Positions 8,670-19,022 of a stretch of 64,000 bases of DNA are shown in pieces. The notes under the pieces were generated by a model, which ran no database searches, had not been told where the DNA came from, and saw only the letters and a program-made list of their open reading frames with translations. Position numbers and translations under genes: made by a program. Origin of the DNA: an uncultured Clostridia bacterium (GTDB lineage Bacteria; Bacillota; Clostridia; TANB77; CAG-508). The stretch spans positions 57,862 to 121,861 of the forward strand of contig CAKOTK010000004.1 of assembly GCA_934120135.1 (NCBI GenBank). Direction: 5' to 3'. Positions within the stretch are counted from its first letter, which is position 1. Each line of letters begins with the position of its first letter.

Positions 8670-11600
8670 CTAGCGAACATTTGAAATTTTTTCCAATACT
8701 TTTTCTTTATTAACATTTGGTATGTAGTTATAATTATTTTTTGTAGTTTGATTAAACTGACAAATCGCCTTATAACTACAATATTCGCAAGGTGTTTTCT
8801 TATCCCTAGTTCTATAATATGGCTCAATTCCAATGTTTCCATTTAAAATTTCTTCTGAAATTTGTTTTATAATTTTTTCCATATAATTTTGCAAGTTTTC
8901 AAATTGTTTTCTATTTAATGTATTTGGTTTGTCACTAACTTCTCCATCTTTGCCTATATATGCTGGTACAACATTAGAACTACCAGATACTAAATTTGTG
9001 TCCATTTTTCTTACAATATTACTATCTGCAAGTATAAGCCCTTGCATTTTAAATTGTTTTCTTAGTTCTTCTGTAATTTCTTCATCTGTCATATTTGGAT
9101 TTGCATTTAATACTGGATCTATTAAGTTAAAATATAATGCCCCTGCTGGTGTTACCTCTTCGTTTTCACAAGCTGCATCCAAATATGTTAATAATTGAAG
9201 TTGCAAACCTGCATACACTTCATTTAAATTTATATTTTTTATTGATGATTTATAATCTATTATTCTAATATAATTTCCATCTGCAGTTTTTGCTATATCT
9301 AATCTGTCAATTTTTCCAATTATCTCAACCTTTTTACCATCTTTTAATTCATATATAATTGGCTCATATTGGCCACCTTGTTTAAATTCAAGTTCATGTC
9401 CTAGCACTTCAAAGTCACTATATTTTAAACTATCTACAATATATTTCATAGATTTTGTAATTACTTTTTTTAACCTTTGAGCTAATATTCTGTATTTTGG
9501 AATACTATTAAATATATCATATTTTTTTAATGTTAGTTTTTCCTCAACAATATTTTCTGTAATTTGTTTTATTTGTTCTTCTTCAATATTTTTTACAGAT
9601 ATGTTTAATTCATCTAATATTTCAAAAAAGCTGTCTATTACTTCATGCATTAAATTTCCTGTATCAACAGCCTCAACATTAAAGCTATCTTTTTCTTTTA
9701 ATTTTAGTCCGTATTTTAAATAATATGAAAAAGCACAAGCTTGATATTGTTCTAGCCTTGACACACTTGTTTTTAAAGTATTACCATATAATTTTTCTAA
9801 TTTATTCTGCTTTAATTTTTCTGGCTCATTTTTATATTGTAAAGCTTTTATTGCTGACTCTAATTTTGTTTTATAATTAGCTTTATAATAATTGTATACA
9901 TCAAACCAAATAGGTTCTATTTCCTCACCCTGTGTAAAATTTCTCAAATTTACTAATAATTCATCAAATGTAGTTTTAGAAAGTAATACTTCACTTTTTC
10001 TTTCTATTACATCACTTTGTTCTTTTATATTAGGAAATATTCTTTTAATTTTATTTATTAATATTGATGCTCTTAAAGATTTTCCTTCTGCATCTGATGA
10101 AGCATAAGATAAATAAAGTTTTTCTTCTGCTGTTGTAAATGCCTTGTAAATATTAAAATTGTCGTCATAAATTTGCTCTATTGTTCCTTTTGCAAGTTCT
10201 ATTCCTTGCTCTTTTAATATATTTCTATCTTTATCATCTAAAAATCCTTCATCTTTTTGTATACTTGGAAAACTTCCATCATTTAGACCTATAATAAATA
10301 CTGCCTTTACTTTATGTGATCTTGAACGGTCTACATCTCCTACCATTACTTGATCTGCAGTTGCAGGAATTGTACCTAAGTCACTTTGATTAAAGCCCAT
10401 TTTTAATATTTTTGCATATCTATCAAAAGTTATATTTTTATTTCCTAAAACTAATACTATTTCATCAAATAAATCGGTTAAAATTTTAATACTTAATTCA
10501 TATTGTTTTGCAATTTCTAGTTCATTATTTTGTTTCAATTCCTCAATTTTTTGTTCTAGCTTTTCATATATATTATTTTGAACTAAAAATTCATATAATC
10601 CAGTTGTTATTTCTTTTACTGTTTTTAATCCTGCTAACTGTTTTTTGAATTTCAAAAGAGGTTCTACAACTTTATCTCTTGCATATACTATTTGCTTTTG
10701 TTGCTCTTCTGTTTCATTATAAAAACTCCACTCTTTTGCATACCATTTACTTCCTTTTATGCCCCATTTTAAGCAATAATTTTCTAATACAGCTATTTCT
10801 TGTGTATCTAAATCTAATAATCCTGTTTTTATATAACCAAAAACAGATTCATAAGACCAGTTCTTTGCAAATATCTCTAGTAAAGATAGTACATATCTTA
10901 CTAAAATATTGCTTCCTAGGTCTTTTTTCTCATCTATAAAAACTGGTATATTATATTGCTCAAAAATTGCTTTGCATAAACTTGAATATGTATCTATATT
11001 TTTTGTAATTACAGCCATTTCTTCATATTTGTAGCCTTGTTTTGCAAGTTTTGTTATTTGTATTGCAACATTTTCTATTTCAGAATATGGATTACTTGCT
11101 AAAAATATAGATAAGTTCTCATTTTGTTTATCGTATTTTTTATAAAAAGGGGATGCCATATTTTCTGCTAGATGTTGTAATTCTTCAGTTTTAAATCTGT
11201 ATGGCGTATTTAGAAAAATTGGTTTTTCTACTTCTATTTGCTCTTGGTTTGCAATTTCTAAAATCCTTTTTACTGTTTGCTTATTGCTATAAAATGTGTC
11301 TATATCAGCATTTGTGTTTTCTTGTAAATTATCTGCACAAATTGTTATTGTAATTTTGTGTGATATTTTCATAAGTTTTCTTAAAATTTCATATTCTTGT
11401 AAAGTGAAACCTGCAAATTCGTCAATATATATATCACAGTTTTTAAATTCATTTGACTCTTCTAACTCTTCTGCCAAAAGAGTTAATCCATCATTTTCAT
11501 CAATATATTGGTTTTGAATTGAATTATTATATAAATCATATAAATTTGTAATATCTTCAAGCTTTTTTTGTAGGTATTTATCTTGAGTATTTTTAGTAAC

Positions 11601-12032
11601 TTCTTTTAATGTATCTAGCTGAACTTGGTGTTTTTTTAGCTCAGTTAATTGCCTTGCTATCATCTCTACATTTTCATCTGATTTACCTAAAAATGAGAAC
11701 TTATTATTTTCTGTTAGTAAAATATGGTCTATAAGCATTGCTTTGCCTGAACCAGATAAATTTATTCTTGTTTTTTTGCCTACTTCTCCTAAAATTCTAT
11801 ATGCCATACGTGCAAACGTAATTACTTCTGCTGAAATCATGCTTTGTGAAGAAGATGTTTCAAGTAATTTTTGCTCTGCTGTATATGAAAATTGCTCTGG
11901 TGTAATTACTTTTATTTTGTATGGACTTTTTTGTTTTATTTGTTCATTTATTTGGTTAAAAATATATGTACTTTTTCCTGTACCTGATGTTCCATATACA
12001 ATTTGAATACTCAAAACTCTCTCCCCTTTCAA
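8670..12032 (-). CDS. addB: ATP-dependent helicase/nuclease subunit B (AddB/RexB)
   Basis: N-terminal GTSGTGKST P-loop, DEFAGFTLQE, GRIDRLD, DYKSS, and C-terminal Fe-S nuclease motif KTPCEYCSYKAICQF. A likely alternative start is TTG at 12014 with SD GGGGAGAG. Confidence 0.85.
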   Translation of the reverse strand: MKGERVLSIQIVYGTSGTGKSTYIFNQINEQIKQKSPYKIKVITPEQFSYTAEQKLLETSSSQSMISAEVITFARMAYRILGEVGKKTRINLSGSGKAMLIDHILLTENNKFSFLGKSDENVEMIARQLTELKKHQVQLDTLKEVTKNTQDKYLQKKLEDITNLYDLYNNSIQNQYIDENDGLTLLAEELEESNEFKNCDIYIDEFAGFTLQEYEILRKLMKISHKITITICADNLQENTNADIDTFYSNKQTVKRILEIANQEQIEVEKPIFLNTPYRFKTEELQHLAENMASPFYKKYDKQNENLSIFLASNPYSEIENVAIQITKLAKQGYKYEEMAVITKNIDTYSSLCKAIFEQYNIPVFIDEKKDLGSNILVRYVLSLLEIFAKNWSYESVFGYIKTGLLDLDTQEIAVLENYCLKWGIKGSKWYAKEWSFYNETEEQQKQIVYARDKVVEPLLKFKKQLAGLKTVKEITTGLYEFLVQNNIYEKLEQKIEELKQNNELEIAKQYELSIKILTDLFDEIVLVLGNKNITFDRYAKILKMGFNQSDLGTIPATADQVMVGDVDRSRSHKVKAVFIIGLNDGSFPSIQKDEGFLDDKDRNILKEQGIELAKGTIEQIYDDNFNIYKAFTTAEEKLYLSYASSDAEGKSLRASILINKIKRIFPNIKEQSDVIERKSEVLLSKTTFDELLVNLRNFTQGEEIEPIWFDVYNYYKANYKTKLESAIKALQYKNEPEKLKQNKLEKLYGNTLKTSVSRLEQYQACAFSYYLKYGLKLKEKDSFNVEAVDTGNLMHEVIDSFFEILDELNISVKNIEEEQIKQITENIVEEKLTLKKYDIFNSIPKYRILAQRLKKVITKSMKYIVDSLKYSDFEVLGHELEFKQGGQYEPIIYELKDGKKVEIIGKIDRLDIAKTADGNYIRIIDYKSSIKNINLNEVYAGLQLQLLTYLDAACENEEVTPAGALYFNLIDPVLNANPNMTDEEITEELRKQFKMQGLILADSNIVRKMDTNLVSGSSNVVPAYIGKDGEVSDKPNTLNRKQFENLQNYMEKIIKQISEEILNGNIGIEPYYRTRDKKTPCEYCSYKAICQFNQTTKNNYNYIPNVNKEKVLEKISNVR

Positions 12033-12081
12033 TTTGCAAAAATCATTTACTGTTCAAAAAAGAATTATTAGTTGACTAGGC

Positions 12082-12145
12082 AGACTTTATTTGAAAGGCA
12101 AGTGCGCATACATATTGTATGTAACCGCGTTTCAAATAAAGTCTA
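12082..12145. repeat. conserved ~64-nt long hairpin element, copy 1
   Basis: AGACTTTATTTGAAA-GGCAAGTGCGCATAC-atatt-GTATGTAACCGCG-TTTCAAATAAAGTCT: perfect 15-bp outer stem. Second copy at 20703-20766. Confidence 0.7.
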
Positions 12146-12178
12146 ACGACGTCAAATGATGATTATTTTTTAACGTGT

Positions 12179-13042
12179 TTACGCTTCGCGTTTCCAATAG
12201 AATAAATACTGTTGTGCTAGTCCTGCTAAATCTCCATATTTTTCTGTTGCTAATTTTTCTATTTGATCTCTTTTTAGTTTTGTTTCGTCTGGTAATTTAA
12301 AATATAGCTCATTCATAACTCTTCTTACCCACACATCTACTGGAAATACATCTAAACATTTTAATGTCGAAAATAACATTATACAGTCTGCTACCTTAGG
12401 TCCAACTCCTGGTAATGTTAATAAAGTCTCTTTTATTTTTTTGCTATCTGTTTCTTGTTTTAATTTTTCTAAATCTATTTGTTTTGATATAACTAATTTT
12501 GTTGTATCATATATTCTTTTATCTCTAAATCCTAACCCTAATGTTCTTAAGTCTTCTACATTTGCTTTTGACAATTGTTCTGGTGTTGGGAATGTATAAT
12601 ATTCATTTCCTTTCCATTCAATTTTGTTTCCATATCTTCTTGCCATTCTTTCTATTATGCCTTTTATTCTTGGAATGTTATTATTAGCTGATATTATAAA
12701 AGATATAGTTGTTTCCCATAAATCCTGATTTAATAATCTTATTCCGCTTCCATAATCAATGCTATTTTTTAATGGTTCATCTATTTTAGATAGTTTATTT
12801 TTTATATCGTCATAATCTCTATCCAAATCAAAATATTGGGTTACTATTTCTTTTATATCTCCATCACAAATACCATCAAATATAATTTGATGGTTTTGTT
12901 CTTTTACATTTAATACATTATTCTTAAAAACTCCAGTATAGCTTCCGTCTAGCTCTTCGTTCCATCTAAAGCATTGCCCACATTCAAATATGTGCTTCAA
13001 CACAAGGCTTCCGTTGTTTTCTATTTTGTATTGTTGCTCCAT
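12179..13042 (-). CDS. ogg: 8-oxoguanine DNA glycosylase / HhH-GPD family DNA glycosylase
   Basis: LPGVGPKVADCI helix-hairpin-helix and downstream catalytic D (FPVDVW); OGG-like N-terminal domain. Confidence 0.65.
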   Translation of the reverse strand: MEQQYKIENNGSLVLKHIFECGQCFRWNEELDGSYTGVFKNNVLNVKEQNHQIIFDGICDGDIKEIVTQYFDLDRDYDDIKNKLSKIDEPLKNSIDYGSGIRLLNQDLWETTISFIISANNNIPRIKGIIERMARRYGNKIEWKGNEYYTFPTPEQLSKANVEDLRTLGLGFRDKRIYDTTKLVISKQIDLEKLKQETDSKKIKETLLTLPGVGPKVADCIMLFSTLKCLDVFPVDVWVRRVMNELYFKLPDETKLKRDQIEKLATEKYGDLAGLAQQYLFYWKREA

Positions 13043-13054
13043 TTGACTTTCTCC

Positions 13055-14563
13055 TTATTCTGTCTGCCACGTCGCTTGCACCGTTGATATATCAAAATAA
13101 AATTCTACCCCATTAGAAAGATTTTGCACGCCATATTCATTTTGATAATTGTTTTGTATAGCCCTTACTATTGATAATCCTATTCCGCTTCCACTATTTT
13201 CACGATTACGTGAATCATCTACTTTGTAGAATCTTCCCCATATTCTGGTTAAATCTTCCTCAGGTATTTTGTCACCTGTATTAAATACAGTTACTCTTAT
13301 TTTGTCATTTACATTTTGTATAGTTATTTTTATTTGTTTCTCACCATTAACCTCTTTTGCGTGTTTTATCGCATTTGTGAAATAATTAGTCATTACTTGT
13401 TCTATATAAAAATCGTCTGCATACGCATATATAGGTTCCTTTTCGTTAAATATTACTTGAATGTGGTTTTCCTCTAGCATTACATTGCATTTCCTAATAA
13501 CCTCATTTATTAGTTCCACAACATTAAATTTTTCGTCTGTGAATTCACGTTTTCCATATTCAAGCTTCATTAACTCTAGTAATTGTTTTACTAATACATC
13601 CATTTTATTTGACTCATCTAGTATTACTTCTGCATAAAATTTTCTAGACTCATCATCAGTATTTACATTTTCTATTAAGCCTTCTGCATATCCTTGAATT
13701 AACGCAATTGGTGTTTTTAGTTCATGTGATACATCTGATATAAACTGCTTCCTCATTTCATCTATTTTAGATTTTTCTTCAATATCCTTTTCAAGCTCAC
13801 TGTTTGTTTCTCTTAGCTGTTTTATAGTTGCTTCTAGCTTATCTGACATAGTATTTATGTTTCTTCCAAGTTCATTTATTTCATCATCCGAATCATTTAT
13901 TCTATATTTCTGTTCAAAATCAAGTTTAGCCATTTTCTTTGTAATATCATTTAATTGTAAAATTGGTTTTGTAAATTTACGTGATATTACAGATGCCGCA
14001 AAAGCTGATATTAATATAGTTATCACTCCTATTGTGACTAAAGTTGTGTTTGAAATTCTTACACTTTCTTCAATTGGTGCAATAGGAATTCTTATATATA
14101 GGCTATATCCATTGTCTAATTTTCCATATAGCAAAATATAGTTTAAACTATTACTAGTATCATCTATTTTTCTTATAGTCATTTTTTCGTCACTATATAA
14201 TAGATTTTTTCGTTCCTCAAAAGGTGTTTTGGTTTTACTTTCAACGGCTGTTATGTTTGACAAAAAATCCTTATTGGTTGAAAATAAAATCAAATCTGTG
14301 TCTGCTTTTATTAATATGTCAAAATTATTTCTAAATGCTACTTTTTTTAATTCTGTTTCCAAACTTATGTCTAGATTTGGCTCCTCATAATAGTCATTTA
14401 TTTTATTATATAGCTCTTTTATTGTATTTGTTTTACTATATATGTAAAAGTTCTCTAATACTAAACTATTTACAGCTATTAAGCATATTACCAATGTTAT
14501 AACAACTACACAAAGTGTTAGAAATAGCCTAACTCTTACTGATTTTAATTTTTCTTTTAACAT
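13055..14563 (-). CDS. sensor histidine kinase (HAMP-HisKA-HATPase)
   Basis: N-terminal transmembrane segment, H-box SHELKTP, N and G boxes. Confidence 0.85.
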   Translation of the reverse strand: MLKEKLKSVRVRLFLTLCVVVITLVICLIAVNSLVLENFYIYSKTNTIKELYNKINDYYEEPNLDISLETELKKVAFRNNFDILIKADTDLILFSTNKDFLSNITAVESKTKTPFEERKNLLYSDEKMTIRKIDDTSNSLNYILLYGKLDNGYSLYIRIPIAPIEESVRISNTTLVTIGVITILISAFAASVISRKFTKPILQLNDITKKMAKLDFEQKYRINDSDDEINELGRNINTMSDKLEATIKQLRETNSELEKDIEEKSKIDEMRKQFISDVSHELKTPIALIQGYAEGLIENVNTDDESRKFYAEVILDESNKMDVLVKQLLELMKLEYGKREFTDEKFNVVELINEVIRKCNVMLEENHIQVIFNEKEPIYAYADDFYIEQVMTNYFTNAIKHAKEVNGEKQIKITIQNVNDKIRVTVFNTGDKIPEEDLTRIWGRFYKVDDSRNRENSGSGIGLSIVRAIQNNYQNEYGVQNLSNGVEFYFDISTVQATWQTE

Positions 14564-14577
14564 TATTCTACTCCGTT

Positions 14578-15255
14578 TTATTTAACTTCAAATTTGTAGC
14601 CTACGCCTCTCATAGTTTCTATGTACTTACCTTTTTTGCCTAACTTGTGTCTTATTTTCTTTATATGGCTATCAATAGTTCTTGAATCTCCATAATAGTC
14701 ATAATTCCATACATTATTTAATATTTTGTCTCTAGATAATGCAATTCCTTCATTTTCTACTAAGTATTTTAATAATTCATATTCACGAAGGCTCATTTCA
14801 ACTGGTTTATCATCTACCTTAACAGTTCTTCCGTCTGGATCTATCACAATACCGCCGTAGTCTTTTACTTCTGTTTTATCTCCCATAGTTCTTTTTAGTA
14901 TTGCTTCAACTCTTGCTACTAAAATTTTAGGGCTAAATGGTTTTGCTATATATTCGTCTACTCCAAGTTCAAATCCAAATAATTCGTCCTGCTCTTCACC
15001 TCTGGCTGTAAGCATTATAATTGGCACTTTTGAACTTTGTCTTATTTGTCTAAGCACTGACCAACCATCAAGTTTTGGCATCATTACATCTAGTAATATA
15101 AGGTTAATATGGCTTTTGTTTTCTTCATATACTTGAAGTGCTTCTTCTCCATCTCCAGCTTCTAATATACTATAACCTTTTTGTGCCAAAAAGTCTTTTA
15201 TCAATTTTCTCATTCTTGATTCGTCATCTACTACTAAAACGGTAATATTGTTCAT
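14578..15255 (-). CDS. OmpR-family response regulator
   Basis: Receiver domain (VLVVDDE...D) plus winged-helix output domain. Confidence 0.9.
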   Translation of the reverse strand: MNNITVLVVDDESRMRKLIKDFLAQKGYSILEAGDGEEALQVYEENKSHINLILLDVMMPKLDGWSVLRQIRQSSKVPIIMLTARGEEQDELFGFELGVDEYIAKPFSPKILVARVEAILKRTMGDKTEVKDYGGIVIDPDGRTVKVDDKPVEMSLREYELLKYLVENEGIALSRDKILNNVWNYDYYGDSRTIDSHIKKIRHKLGKKGKYIETMRGVGYKFEVK

Positions 15256-15321
15256 GTGTTTTTCCTCCTAAATATTACATAGCTATTATACATTATACAA
15301 AGGTTTTATGTCTAGATTGTG

Positions 15322-15363
15322 AACAAAAAAAGAAAAAATTGCCATTGAAGTTCAATAGCAATT
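15322..15363 (-). terminator. rho-independent terminator after splB
   Basis: On minus strand: AAATTGCTATTGAACTTCAATGGCAATTTTTTCTTTTTTTG. Confidence 0.7.
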
Positions 15364-15379
15364 TCATAATTTATAAAAA

Positions 15380-16420
15380 TTATACTATATATTTAATTTC
15401 ATTATGTTGGAAGTATTTTCTCATTAAGTCCCTTAGAAATATTTCTGCTTCTTGTCTTACGTCTTTGTTATATGTGTATTTTCCTTTTCCTCTGCCTGTC
15501 ATTATTTCTTGATTATATAGACTTGTTTGTTTTGGAAATGCTTCCTGATTTATCATTCTATGCACATAACTATATGTCATAAATATTATTTCAAAAAACA
15601 CATCTTTTTTTACTTGTTCTGATAGATTTTCTGCTAAATATTGAACTAGTTCTGTATATTGCTTTTTCCAGTCTTCTACTAGAATTACAGGTGCTATTAA
15701 AATTCCTAGTTTATATCCTGCATCTTTTAATTTATTTATTGCTCTTACTCTGTTTTCTAATGGCGATGTTCCAATCTCAATTGTTCTAATTATTTCTCTT
15801 GGATTTACACTCATTCTTACTATTACTTTTCCTTTATGGTCTAGTGGTAAAATCGGGTCTACCATATCAAATTTAGTTGGAAATGTTAGTAGTCCTTTTG
15901 GATTATCTTTAAAATTTTCAATTGTCCATACTAAATTATTTGTAATGGTATTTTCCAAAATCAAATCACTGTTACTTCCTATTTCAAAGGTTAAATCTTT
16001 GTCTGCCTCATTTGCTACTTTTATTATTTTTCCTAGCATTTGCTCTCTATTAACAAATAGCCTTAAATATGCACATTTGTTATAGTTACATACTAAATAG
16101 CAGTATAAGCACATTGCTATACAGCCTGACGAAGTATATGGAACTAAAAAGTCTGATGTTTTATGATTTGGCACAAATTTATGTGTTTTTCTAACTCCTA
16201 TTATTAAATTTTGTTTCATTTGTGGAAATTCACTGTTTTGCTTTTTTCTCATTTCTTCTATATTGTTGTGATTTTCTATTTCAATACATTGTATTTTTTT
16301 ATCTCTATATCTTTTTAAAAGTTCTTTTCCTAGTTCATAATTCTCACTTTCTTTTTCGTAATAAACGGCTTTAGGCAAGAACATATTTAAATCACCTCTA
16401 AATATATTCTTGCCTAACAT
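15380..16420 (-). CDS. splB: spore photoproduct lyase (radical SAM)
   Basis: CIAMCLYCY CxxxCxxC motif; overall similarity to SplB, including a conserved GTSPL stretch. Confidence 0.85.
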   Translation of the reverse strand: MLGKNIFRGDLNMFLPKAVYYEKESENYELGKELLKRYRDKKIQCIEIENHNNIEEMRKKQNSEFPQMKQNLIIGVRKTHKFVPNHKTSDFLVPYTSSGCIAMCLYCYLVCNYNKCAYLRLFVNREQMLGKIIKVANEADKDLTFEIGSNSDLILENTITNNLVWTIENFKDNPKGLLTFPTKFDMVDPILPLDHKGKVIVRMSVNPREIIRTIEIGTSPLENRVRAINKLKDAGYKLGILIAPVILVEDWKKQYTELVQYLAENLSEQVKKDVFFEIIFMTYSYVHRMINQEAFPKQTSLYNQEIMTGRGKGKYTYNKDVRQEAEIFLRDLMRKYFQHNEIKYIV

Positions 16421-16427
16421 TTAATGA

Positions 16428-17300
16428 TTATTCAGTTTTTACTAATTTCTCTATTTCTTCTTTTGTTAGTCCTGTCGTTTCAATAATTACTTCCATTTCT
16501 ACTTTTGCTTTTAATAATTTCTTTGCTATTTCTATCTGTTTTTCTCTTGCGCCTTCTTCTTTACCATCCCTTTTTGCTTCATACATTAGTTGAGCATGGT
16601 CCATCCTTTCTAGTTCTGCCTTAAATGCCATTCTTCTTAATATATCATCTTGACTAATTCTATCTAGTTCTTCTTTTGCTTCTTTGATATTTTCATTTTC
16701 TTCCATTATTTTGGTTACCTCCACATCTTCTGGATTTTCCAAAAACATCATCCACTGCAGTGCTCCATTTTCTTTATTTGTTTTATACTCTCTTATTGCT
16801 TTTGGTAGCTCTATTATACAAATCTCAAAATAGCTTGTCAAGATTATACTTTGATATTCTTCTTCTCTTATTTGCCAATTGGTTTGTGCTTTCTTTATCC
16901 CCTTAAATTCTGGTAGTTCTCCATCTACTATTATTATACTTATTGTTCTTCTTAATTTACTATATTCATCACCAACTTTTAAATTTGCACTATACATTTT
17001 TGCCCAATATAGTAAAAATCTTGGCAACATTTTATCATGTGTTGTTAATTGTACTTCTATATCACATTCTATGTTATCATTTATTACTGCTCTTAAGTCT
17101 AGTCTTCCATTCTTGTCATTCTTATTTTCATTTAACAAGTCTTTGCTCTTATCTAATTCTAGTTTATGTATTTTTATTTTTAGTATTTTTTCTAGTAGAT
17201 CTTTTGTAATTTTTTCTTTTCCTCTTGAAAATAAAGTTTGAAATACAACGTCATTTTTTGGTTTTAATATTTCATTATTTCCAATTTCATTTTTTTTCAT
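16428..17300 (-). CDS. Rpn/YhgA-like PD-(D/E)xK nuclease family protein (so-called putative transposase), with DUF4351-like C-terminus
   Basis: NDVVFQTLF N-terminal motif, LDLRAVINDNIECDIEVQ core, charged helical C-terminus. Confidence 0.7.
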   Translation of the reverse strand: MKKNEIGNNEILKPKNDVVFQTLFSRGKEKITKDLLEKILKIKIHKLELDKSKDLLNENKNDKNGRLDLRAVINDNIECDIEVQLTTHDKMLPRFLLYWAKMYSANLKVGDEYSKLRRTISIIIVDGELPEFKGIKKAQTNWQIREEEYQSIILTSYFEICIIELPKAIREYKTNKENGALQWMMFLENPEDVEVTKIMEENENIKEAKEELDRISQDDILRRMAFKAELERMDHAQLMYEAKRDGKEEGAREKQIEIAKKLLKAKVEMEVIIETTGLTKEEIEKLVKTE

Positions 17301-17778
17301 AATTTTTTTCTCCTAAATTTTATATATTTTAGCTACATCTTTTTTATAAAAATACACCTGCCTTTCTTGCTAATTCATATTTTCTTTGTTCGTGGAAATT
17401 TTAAGATTTTAATTTTTTAGATTTAACAGTATCAAAAAACATTAAGAATTTAAAATATTATTGGTTTAAAATAATTTTGATTTTAAATAATACTAATTTA
17501 GAATAATTACATTAAAGTTTAATAATTAGAAACTCCAGATTAAAAAATAATTTAAATATTGTTTTGAAAATAATTATTGCATTGTGTTTGTAAATTTTTC
17601 AAGTTTTACTGCACTCAAAAAATGCAACTAAGTTAGTATTGTTATACTATACTTAATTGCATTTTGCAAGTAAAATCGTATGTCAAATTTCGACATATTT
17701 TGCTATACGGCAATGTTAAGTTACCTTGAGTTGTGCATATTTTCGAAGCAAAATTTACATATAGTGAAGCCACTTATC

Positions 17779-18894
17779 TTATTTTTCAATATATCCACTT
17801 GTTTTTTGAGTATACATTTCGTCTGTTACTGATTTGTATGTTTCTCCTTTGTAGTCGTCTGTGAACCCGTTATATGCTTTATATATTTCACCTGTATCAG
17901 TATTGTAAACTCTTTCATATCCTAATGTTGCGTCACTTTGTTTTTGGCTCATAATATCATATGTTGTTTGTCTGTTTTCCCATGCTTGCATATATGAGTC
18001 AAATGCTGCTTGAATTGAAGCACTTAAAGCTAGAGCTTGTTTTGTTTGTGCGTTTCCATCATCTATTGTCTTTTTTACATAAGCATCACTAAATTCAATT
18101 GAGTTAGCTGATTGTAACAAAATATCTTTGTAGTCTATAAACTCATCTTTTGCTGAAGTTATTGACATTATATCATACACCATATAGTATAGCATATCTG
18201 TTCCACCTTGATATTGGTTTCCAAAATTTACAATAGATGCCATAAACATACCTTCACCTTGTTTATTGTTATCTCCTGTAAATGTAGCTCTTAATACTTT
18301 GCTATCTAATGCAACACTTTTCATAGATGCTTTAGAATCAGATTCTTCTAATTTTGTAAAGTTGTTAAATTTAGGAAAATTAAATGTACTTAATGTTGGT
18401 TCAATTGAATTCATATATGAACCTATCTCACTAAACTTTTTGTAAAATTCTTCTGTTGTTGGCTTTTCCAGAACCACAGCATCCGCAAATACTTTGTATT
18501 GGCTGTTATTTCCACTTAGTTTATAGTAATTTTGCCAAAAAGCTTTTCCTGCTGTGCTCTTTAGTAGTGGTTGCATTTTTAACATTAAAAATATTTGATT
18601 GTTTGTTTCGTTTGGATCATATACTTTAATTGCATAATACATTCCTGTTCCACCTGTTTCAACTTTCCAGCCTTGTGGTTTTTTCATTGAAAATTCTACT
18701 GTTGAGTAATCTTCAAGTGTTAATTGACTTGCTGCATTTGCCACTATTTTAACATTGTTTTGTCCTTTAACTGTTCCTCCATTATTGTTATTTTGCTCTG
18801 TATCGTTATTTCTTGTCATTAGATATCCTCCTCCAAATACAAGTATAAAGACTACTACAATAGCTATTATCCAATTTCTCTTGTTTTTATCCAT
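17779..18894 (-). CDS. hypothetical membrane-anchored protein
   Basis: N-terminal transmembrane helix then a Gly/Asn-rich linker; no family recognised. Confidence 0.5.
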   Translation of the reverse strand: MDKNKRNWIIAIVVVFILVFGGGYLMTRNNDTEQNNNNGGTVKGQNNVKIVANAASQLTLEDYSTVEFSMKKPQGWKVETGGTGMYYAIKVYDPNETNNQIFLMLKMQPLLKSTAGKAFWQNYYKLSGNNSQYKVFADAVVLEKPTTEEFYKKFSEIGSYMNSIEPTLSTFNFPKFNNFTKLEESDSKASMKSVALDSKVLRATFTGDNNKQGEGMFMASIVNFGNQYQGGTDMLYYMVYDIMSITSAKDEFIDYKDILLQSANSIEFSDAYVKKTIDDGNAQTKQALALSASIQAAFDSYMQAWENRQTTYDIMSQKQSDATLGYERVYNTDTGEIYKAYNGFTDDYKGETYKSVTDEMYTQKTSGYIEK

Positions 18895-19022
18895 AGTTAC
18901 CTCTCCTTTTCTTATTTTTTTATTTATTATACTACAATGTCAATATAAAAATCTAGATTTTATATTATTTTTACCAATTTTTCCGTGACTATTCGGTAGT
19001 TGATTTGCAATTAATTAAGCAC

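Noticed and set aside
8660-8842. 60-aa minus-strand ORF overlapping the addB 3' end.
   Set aside because: Different frame inside the addB C-terminal Fe-S nuclease coding region; no RBS.
16428-17300. Rpn/YhgA 'putative transposase' as an active mobile element.
   Set aside because: No terminal inverted repeats or target-site duplications around the gene. This family is usually a chromosomal nuclease rather than a bona fide insertion sequence.
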